From Myxococcota bacterium (lineage in GTDB: Bacteria; Myxococcota; JACRCW01): DNA of 13,729 nt. Location of the stretch: positions 1-13,729 of the forward strand of contig JBFMGU010000277.1 of assembly GCA_040752415.1 (NCBI GenBank), in the 5' to 3' direction. Within the stretch, counting starts at the first letter, position 1; the number at the start of each line of letters is the position of its first letter. Below, piece by piece: positions 7,612-13,729 of the stretch. The notes beneath the pieces were generated by a model. The model was not told where the DNA came from, made no database searches, and was given only the letters and a program-made list of their open reading frames with translations. Made by a program: the position numbers and the translations under genes.

Positions 7612-7667
7612 GTTGTCCAGGCGTGGTTGTCCGGCGTGCGCGCCTGGGAGAGCCCGGAGGGAATCAG

Positions 7668-8348
7668 ATGGCTGTCAGGAGCAAAGCGGGTGGCGGGGCG
7701 CGGGCGCCATTGACCAGGGAACGGGTCTTGCGCGCCGCCATGGCTGTTGCCGACGAAGGAGGTGTGGCGTCGCTGACCATGCGCAAGCTGGCCGAGAAGC
7801 TCGGGGTCGAGGCGATGTCGCTGTACTACCACGTCGCCAACAAGGACGAGATCCTGGATGGCATGGTCGACGCCGTGTTCAGCGAGATCGATCTTCCGGT
7901 GGGCGTCGACTGGAAGACGGCCATGCGCCAGCGCGCGCTCTCGGCCCGCGCGGCGCTCAAGCGCCACCGTTGGGCGATTGGCGTGCTGGAGTCACGCGCC
8001 AACCCGGGTCCAGCAACGTTGCGGCACCACGACGCCGTCCTCGGGTGCTTGCGGAACGCCGGGTTCTCCGTCGAGCTGGCGGCCCACGCGTTCTCCGCCC
8101 TGGACAGCTACATCTATGGCTTCGCGCTGCAGGAGCTCAATCTGCCGTTCAGCAACACGGAGGAGCTGGAGAAGGTCGCGGCCAGCATCATGAAGGACAT
8201 GCCGGTCGACGCGTACCCCCACCTCAGCGAGCTGGTGGTGCAGCACGTGTTGAAGCCCGGCTACGCCTACGCGAACGAGTTCGAGTATGGGCTCAACCTG
8301 CTCCTGGACAGCTTGGAGCAACAGCGTCGCAAGGACCGCAGGAAGTGA
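7668..8348 (+). CDS. TetR/AcrR family transcriptional regulator with TetR_C-type C-terminal domain
   Basis: GGAGG RBS before ATG 7668; [56 protein letters not shown]-terminal YIYGFALQE and [11 protein letters not shown]. Confidence 0.95.
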   Translation: MAVRSKAGGGARAPLTRERVLRAAMAVADEGGVASLTMRKLAEKLGVEAMSLYYHVANKDEILDGMVDAVFSEIDLPVGVDWKTAMRQRALSARAALKRHRWAIGVLESRANPGPATLRHHDAVLGCLRNAGFSVELAAHAFSALDSYIYGFALQELNLPFSNTEELEKVAASIMKDMPVDAYPHLSELVVQHVLKPGYAYANEFEYGLNLLLDSLEQQRRKDRRK

Positions 8349-8389
8349 GACGCCGTCGTGAACGCGGGCCGTCCACCGGCTCCCCACCG

Positions 8390-9676
8390 TCAGCGCGAAA
8401 ACAACAACACAAAGGTCTCCTCGTACGCCGCCACTTCCGACTCGGCGGAGCCCACGCCGGCCAGGGGTGAACGGAAGGAGATGCGATGGCTGTAGAGCGC
8501 CATGAAGGGGTCGTATTCGGCGGGGTGTTCCAGCATGTTGGTGATGGAGCTTGCTGGAAGGGTGATTTCCAGTACCGGCGGACGGGGAATCCCCTCCACG
8601 AGCGCCTTGGCGGCGAAATCATAGGACCACGTCTTTCGTCGCGTTTCGCCCACGACGTGGAAGCTGACCACCTGGCGACGCAACAGCGACGGGAGCCCGA
8701 GCCAGAGCCGGTGGGCAAAGTGTCGTCGGAGCAGCGCCTCGCACTCCTCGGGCTCACCGAACGAGGGCCGCTGTGTTCCCGCTCCACCCTCGGCGGCAAA
8801 CGCGCGCAGTGCAGCGAGGTATTCCTCCTCGGTGGCACCCCAATCCCGCGCGCAGGATCCGCGTACGATATCCAGGGATGCCACATCCACGACGTCACCG
8901 GGGCGCATGAGGGCGCCGCGTTGCTCGGGCAGGCGAGCCTGCACCTCCGCGAGGAACTGCGCGGGCAGCGTCCGCCCGACGGTGTTGAGCTCCAGCTGGT
9001 CCTCGTTGAGGTAGGCGATTCCGTAAGCGTACGGAACGAGCAGCTTCGGCCGGAGCGCGGCAACGCCGTCGCCGAGGAGCTGGCGTGCTTGCGCCTCCCG
9101 CACCGCGCCAAGACGCCGCAGCACCTCCCTGCCGCGCGGCAGGAGCAGCGGGTAGAGGTCCTGCACCATGGTGTGCGGCATGAACGCCACGTCGATGGGT
9201 GTTGCCGCGCGCATGCGCGCCAGTGTCTCCGATGACAACACGCAGTCATTGGCGTGCAGCACCGCCTGGCCCTCCGCCTGCGCGATGAGCGCACTGTCGA
9301 CGTCGTTGGGGTGCAGGTACGATGTCAGCGTGAAGCCGTGGAGCGTGACTGGCGCTTCGTCCTCGAGCTCCACGACGTCCTGGAAGCCGAGCTTCTTGAG
9401 CCGTGACAGGAGCGCCCGGCGCCCGGCGGGAATCACCAAGGTGCGGATGCGGTCCCTCAGCAGCGCCAGCGTGCGCGGATGCGAATGATCGCTGTGGAAG
9501 TGCGAGCAGTAGACGACGTCCAGCGGGCCGAAATCCTCGACGGTCAGCGTGCGCGGCGGAAAGAACGTGGCCAGCTGGGCCTCGAGCGGGTCGAGGAAGA
9601 AGTACGGATCGGTCAGCAGCGTCGTCCCGCCGGCCACCATCCGCAGCGACGCATGGGAGACGTACTCGACCCTCAT
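8390..9676 (-). CDS. MBL-fold metallo-hydrolase (UlaG / CMP-NeuAc hydroxylase-like) with C-terminal extension
   Basis: MRVEYVSHAS...LLTDPY N-terminus; SHFHSDH (HxHxDH) metal motif; DSAL...LHANDC; PKLLVPYA. Confidence 0.85.
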   Translation of the reverse strand: MRVEYVSHASLRMVAGGTTLLTDPYFFLDPLEAQLATFFPPRTLTVEDFGPLDVVYCSHFHSDHSHPRTLALLRDRIRTLVIPAGRRALLSRLKKLGFQDVVELEDEAPVTLHGFTLTSYLHPNDVDSALIAQAEGQAVLHANDCVLSSETLARMRAATPIDVAFMPHTMVQDLYPLLLPRGREVLRRLGAVREAQARQLLGDGVAALRPKLLVPYAYGIAYLNEDQLELNTVGRTLPAQFLAEVQARLPEQRGALMRPGDVVDVASLDIVRGSCARDWGATEEEYLAALRAFAAEGGAGTQRPSFGEPEECEALLRRHFAHRLWLGLPSLLRRQVVSFHVVGETRRKTWSYDFAAKALVEGIPRPPVLEITLPASSITNMLEHPAEYDPFMALYSHRISFRSPLAGVGSAESEVAAYEETFVLLFSR

Positions 9677-9787
9677 GCGCGGCGTGGCCAGGACGGAGGG
9701 AGCGCGTCGGTGGACATCTCCGCAGGCATACCACGTTCCCGCCGCTACCGCGCCTGGGCGGGTGGCAACGCACCAACCTGGTGAAAC

Positions 9788-10498
9788 CTACCCCGGGCGC
9801 GCAGCGTCGGAGTCGAGCGCCCGTGCCACCGCGGCTCGAGCCAGCAACCTCGTCGAGTCCAATGTCGGCAGCGGCGAATTGGTGTCGTTCATGATGAGTG
9901 GGATCTCGGTGCAGCCGAGAATGACGGCGTCGCATTCCTGGTCGCGCATGCGTGAGATGACGCGCTGATAGAAGGCCACCTGTCCGGCGGTGAAGATGCC
10001 GCGCACCAGCTCAGCCATGATGATGCGATTGCCCTCCGCGCGCTCGTCGCGGGTTGGCCGCACGAAGCTGATGTTGTGGTTCTTCAGGCGGGACGGATAG
10101 ACGTCACTTTCCACGAGCCAGCGCGTCCCGGTGAGCCCGACCTTGCGGTATCCACGCCGCACCGCCTCCGCCGCGACGACGTCTGCGATGTGCAACCACG
10201 GCAGCGGCGAGCGACCCTCCAGGAAAGGGAAGGCCTGGTGGACGGTGTTGTCGGGGCAGATCAGGAAACGCGGGCCACAGCGGGCGAGCTTCTCTGCGGA
10301 CGCGAGCATCAGCCCGGCCACGCCACGCCAGTCATTGCGCTCGATGTGATCGACGTATCGCGCGAGCGGAAGCGAATGAACGGACACCTCGGGGTGGTCG
10401 TGCGGGCCCAGTTGCTCCGCGCCGACGGCACAGATGGTGCGGTAGCAGAGCGCAGCGCCCTCGGCGGAGCAGGCAACGATTCCGATGTGGGCGGCCAT
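9788..10498 (-). CDS. Aspartate/glutamate racemase family protein
   Basis: HIGIVACSAEGAALCYR; ICPDNTVH; PWLHIA; VILGCTEIPL; PTLDSTRLLA. Confidence 0.92.
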   Translation of the reverse strand: MAAHIGIVACSAEGAALCYRTICAVGAEQLGPHDHPEVSVHSLPLARYVDHIERNDWRGVAGLMLASAEKLARCGPRFLICPDNTVHQAFPFLEGRSPLPWLHIADVVAAEAVRRGYRKVGLTGTRWLVESDVYPSRLKNHNISFVRPTRDERAEGNRIIMAELVRGIFTAGQVAFYQRVISRMRDQECDAVILGCTEIPLIMNDTNSPLPTLDSTRLLARAAVARALDSDAARPG

Positions 10499-10535
10499 GC
10501 GGCCAGTGTAGGCAGATGCGCCGACCCCAGCACAC

Positions 10536-11807
10536 TCAGAACTGGTGCGCCTCGGTGGACTCGTGCAGCGCCAGCGTGCTGGCCGTGCCGCCGCTGATCA
10601 CCTGCGCCACCTCGTCGAAGTAGCCGGTGCCCACCTCGTGCTGGTGGCGCGTGGCGGTGTAGCCATCCTTCTCGCTGGCAAACTCCGCCTGCTGCAGCTT
10701 GGTGTACGCGGCCATGCCGTGGTCACGGTAGCCGCGCGCCAGCTCGAACATGCCGTGGTTGAGCGAGTGGAAGCCCGCCAGGGTCACGAACTGGAACTTG
10801 TAGCCCATGGCGCCCAGCTCGCGCTGGAACCTGGCAATGGTGGCGTCGTCCAGGTGCTTCTTCCAGTTGAACGAGGGCGAGCAGTTGTACGCCAGCAGCT
10901 TCCCGGGGAAGCGCGCCTGGATGGCCTCCGCGAACTCCGCCGCCTCCTTGAGGTCCGGCGTGGAGGTCTCACACCAGATGAGGTCCGCGTAGGGCGCGTA
11001 GGCCAGGCCGCGCGCAATGGCCGCCTTCAGCCCACCCTTGATGCGGAAGAAGCCCTCCGGGGTCCGCTCCGGGCTGGCAATGAACTCGCGGTCGCGCTCG
11101 TCCACGTCGGAGGTGATGAGCTGCGCGCTGTTGGCGTCGGTACGCGCGATCAGCAGCGTGGGCACGCCCATGACGTCCGCGGCCAGGCGCGCCGCGGTCA
11201 GCGTGCGGATGAATTGGCTGGTGGGCACCAGCACCTTGCCGCCCAGGTGGCCGCACTTCTTCTCGCTGGCCAGCTGGTCCTCGAAGTGCACGCCGGAGGC
11301 GCCCGCCTCGATCAGCGACTTCATCAGCTCATAGGCGTTGAGTGGTCCGCCGAATCCGGCCTCCGCGTCGGCAATCAGCGGCGCGAACCAGTAGCGCTCG
11401 TTCTTGCCCTCGCTGTGGTCGATCTGGTCGGCGCGCTGCAGGGCCTGGTTGATGCGCTGCACCACGTGCGGGACGCTGTTGACGGGATAGAGGCTCTGGT
11501 CCGGGTACATGTGGCCGGAGATGTTGGCGTCGGCCGCCACCTGCCAGCCGCTGACGTAGATGGCCTTCAGGCCCGCCCGCACCATCTGCACGGCCTGGTT
11601 GCCGGTCAGCGCGCCCAGCGCCGCCACGTACGGCTCCTGGTGCAGCAGGTCCCACAACCGACGCGCGCCCAGGTCCGCCAGCGTGTGCTGGATCCGGATG
11701 CTGCCGCGCAGGCGCTCCACGTCCTTCTGTGAGTAGGGGCGCACCACGCCGTCCCAGCGGCGGGCGGGAAGCTGCGTGACGAACTCATCCTTCTTGGCGA
11801 CAACCAT
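10536..11807 (-). CDS. aceA: Isocitrate lyase
   Basis: Catalytic KKCGH; motifs [39 protein letters not shown] and [11 protein letters not shown]. Start at ATG 11807 with GGGAG upstream; 423 aa. Confidence 0.98.
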   Translation of the reverse strand: MVVAKKDEFVTQLPARRWDGVVRPYSQKDVERLRGSIRIQHTLADLGARRLWDLLHQEPYVAALGALTGNQAVQMVRAGLKAIYVSGWQVAADANISGHMYPDQSLYPVNSVPHVVQRINQALQRADQIDHSEGKNERYWFAPLIADAEAGFGGPLNAYELMKSLIEAGASGVHFEDQLASEKKCGHLGGKVLVPTSQFIRTLTAARLAADVMGVPTLLIARTDANSAQLITSDVDERDREFIASPERTPEGFFRIKGGLKAAIARGLAYAPYADLIWCETSTPDLKEAAEFAEAIQARFPGKLLAYNCSPSFNWKKHLDDATIARFQRELGAMGYKFQFVTLAGFHSLNHGMFELARGYRDHGMAAYTKLQQAEFASEKDGYTATRHQHEVGTGYFDEVAQVISGGTASTLALHESTEAHQF

Positions 11808-11866
11808 GACTTCTCCCGTCGTGACCAGGCGCGGGTGCAAGGGCCCCGGCGTGGTCGGTTGAAAGA

Positions 11867-13429
11867 TCAATCCTGCAGGCGCTCGTAGGCGGGCAGGGTG
11901 AGGAACTCGGTGAACTCGTCGGCGGTGCACAGCTTCACGAACAGCTCGCGCGCCTCCGTGAAGCGTCCGCGCGTCAAGTCCATGGCGCCCATCTCCTCCT
12001 GGACCACGGTGAGGAACTTCTCGCGCGTGAGCCTTCCTCCGTCGGAGAGCAGCGCGCCGTGGTGCAGCCACTGCCAGATCTGCGCGCGACAGATCTCCGC
12101 GGTGGCCGCGTCCTCCATGAGGTGGAACAAGGGCACGCAGCCCTGGCCGCGCAGCCAGGCTTCCACGTAGCGGATGCCCACGCGCACGTTGTGGCGCAAC
12201 CCCTCCATGGTCCGCGCGCCCTCCGGCACCTTGAGCAGGTCCAGCGCGGTCACCTGCACGTCGTCACGCAGGCGGTGGAGCTGGTTGGGGCCCTTCAGGT
12301 GCGCGTCAAAGATCTCACGCGCCACCGGCACCAGGCCGGGGTGGGCCACCCAGGTTCCGTCGTGACCGTCGGTGACCTCGCGCAGCTTGTCCGCCCGGAC
12401 CTTCTGCAGCGCCGCCTCGTTGGCCGCGGCGTCGTCCTTGATGGGGATCTGCGCCGCCATCCCGCCCATGGCGTGCACGCCCCGACGGTGACAGGTCTTG
12501 ATGAGCAGCTGCGTGTACGCGCGCATGAACGGCTGGGTCATGGTGACCAGCGCGCGGTCGGGCATCACCGCGTGGGGATCCTGACGGGTCTTCTTGATGA
12601 AGCTGAAGATGTAATCCCAACGGCCGCAGTTCAGGCCCGCGGAGTGCTCGCGCAGCTCGGACAGGATCTCGTCCATCTCGAAGGCCGCGGGCAGCGTCTC
12701 GATGAGCACGGTGGCCTTGATGGTCCCGCGCGGGATGCCGAGCTTCTCCTGCGCAAAGACGAAGACGTCATTCCACCAGCGCGCCTCCCGGTGGCCCTCC
12801 AGCTTGGGCAGGTAGAAGTACGGGCCGGTGCCGCGGGAGAGCTGCTCGCGGGCGTTGTGGAAGAGGAAGAGGCCGAAGTCCCACAGGGAGGCGGGCACCG
12901 CGGCGCCGTCGAGCGTGGCGTGTCGCTCGACGAGATGCAGGCCGCGCGGGCGCACCAGCAGCACCGCGGTCTGCTGCGCCAGCTCATAGACCTTGCCGGT
13001 GTCCGGCGCGACGAAGCGGATGGTGCGTCGCACCGCGTCGTGGAGGTTCACCTGGCCCAGCACCACGTTCTCGAAGGTGGGGGAGAGCGAATCCTCGAAG
13101 TCCGCCATGAAGACGTTGGCGCCGCTGTTGAGCGCGTTCACCACCATCTTGCGGTCCACCGGCCCGGTGATCTCCACGCGACGATCCAGGAGGTCCGCCG
13201 GCAGCGGCGCCACCTTCCACCCGCCTTCCCGGATGCCGCGCGTCTCGGCGAGGAAGTCGGGGCGCCAGCCGGAGTCCCACTGGGCCTGCCGGACGCGTCG
13301 CGCCGCCAGCAGCTCGCGCAGCGCCGGACCAAACCGGGTGGCCAGCTCCGCCACGAACCCCAGCGCGTCCTCACCCAGGATCCCCGCCGCGTCCGCCGGC
13401 ACCGCCCCCGTCAACTGAATCCGCGCCAT
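11867..13429 (-). CDS. aceB: Malate synthase A
   Basis: Motifs [49 protein letters not shown] and [18 protein letters not shown] before ATG 13429; 520 aa. Confidence 0.98.
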   Translation of the reverse strand: MARIQLTGAVPADAAGILGEDALGFVAELATRFGPALRELLAARRVRQAQWDSGWRPDFLAETRGIREGGWKVAPLPADLLDRRVEITGPVDRKMVVNALNSGANVFMADFEDSLSPTFENVVLGQVNLHDAVRRTIRFVAPDTGKVYELAQQTAVLLVRPRGLHLVERHATLDGAAVPASLWDFGLFLFHNAREQLSRGTGPYFYLPKLEGHREARWWNDVFVFAQEKLGIPRGTIKATVLIETLPAAFEMDEILSELREHSAGLNCGRWDYIFSFIKKTRQDPHAVMPDRALVTMTQPFMRAYTQLLIKTCHRRGVHAMGGMAAQIPIKDDAAANEAALQKVRADKLREVTDGHDGTWVAHPGLVPVAREIFDAHLKGPNQLHRLRDDVQVTALDLLKVPEGARTMEGLRHNVRVGIRYVEAWLRGQGCVPLFHLMEDAATAEICRAQIWQWLHHGALLSDGGRLTREKFLTVVQEEMGAMDLTRGRFTEARELFVKLCTADEFTEFLTLPAYERLQD

Positions 13430-13440
13430 CCCGTGCCTCC

Positions 13441-13560
13441 AAGTCACGGTTGTCAAAAGTACACGCCGTGAATCCAGAGGCAATAGACTCAGTGATTTCA
13501 GGTGGTTAAGCGAGTGTATGGATGTCAATGACACGATGTGAATGTGTCAATCATTGTCAA
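13441..13560 (-). promoter_or_regulatory. aceBA upstream regulatory region with repeated TGTCAA/TTGACA hexamers
   Basis: AT-rich island. TGTCAA at 13451, 13523, 13545 and 13555; variant TGTGAA at 13537; palindrome TGTCA-A-TGACA at 13523-13533. Confidence 0.65.
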
Positions 13561-13729
13561 GGACGGAGCGGGACGAACTCAGTCCATCGGGATTGCAGAC
13601 GTGAGGCGCGACCCTGGAGTGCGGCGGGCCCTCGCCGCCCTGGCCAGCGCCGAGTGCGTCCTCAGTGGCCGAGCGCGGCCCGGGACCTCGCGACGACGGG
13701 GAACACGCGGCGGCCGCGCATGGGTGGAC

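Noticed and set aside
11808..12071. 88-aa N-terminal extension of AceA in the ORF track
   Set aside because: It overlaps aceB in another frame. An RBS and the typical enzyme length point to ATG 11807.
12059..13471. 470-aa plus-strand ORF, and similar long ORFs at 10545-11732, 5621-6883, 7364-8470 and 4739-5593
   Set aside because: Antisense or alternate-frame shadows of well-supported genes, common in high-GC DNA.
13430..13534. N-terminal extension of AceB in the ORF track
   Set aside because: It runs through the AT-rich regulatory region. The GGAGG RBS supports ATG 13429.
13561..13729. Possible gene end or start at the right edge
   Set aside because: No frame gives a recognisable protein or convincing codon bias. 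The ATG at 13720 is too close to the edge to assess.
1..13729. tRNA, rRNA, CRISPR array, transposase or integrase
   Set aside because: None seen: no regularly spaced direct repeats, cloverleaf motifs or recombinase/transposase signatures.

Overview
High-GC bacterial chromosomal window. Gene content and codon style suggest Myxococcota or a related lineage (inference). Left to right: 3' end of a glycine-rich repeat protein; a CDP-alcohol phosphatidyltransferase (minus); a tightly packed three-gene plus-strand operon of unknown proteins (1290-4755); SIMPL/DUF541; an SgcJ/EcaC NTF2-like protein; an overlapping HipA-like kinase + DUF3037 pair; a DUF4386-like gene remnant next to a palindrome and a divergent TetR gene; then on minus an MBL-fold hydrolase, an Asp/Glu racemase-family protein and the glyoxylate shunt genes aceB-aceA, with a TGTCAA-repeat upstream region. 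The best candidate for an undescribed system is the 1290-4755 operon. It has a perfect sigma-28 (FliA/WhiG) -10 box upstream. Its two large proteins lack Sec signal peptides and share an EF-hand-like N-terminal module. One carries three beta-rich repeats, the other an ADP-ribosyltransferase-like C-terminal domain, and a small candidate immunity gene follows. All family assignments come from motif recognition, not database searches.
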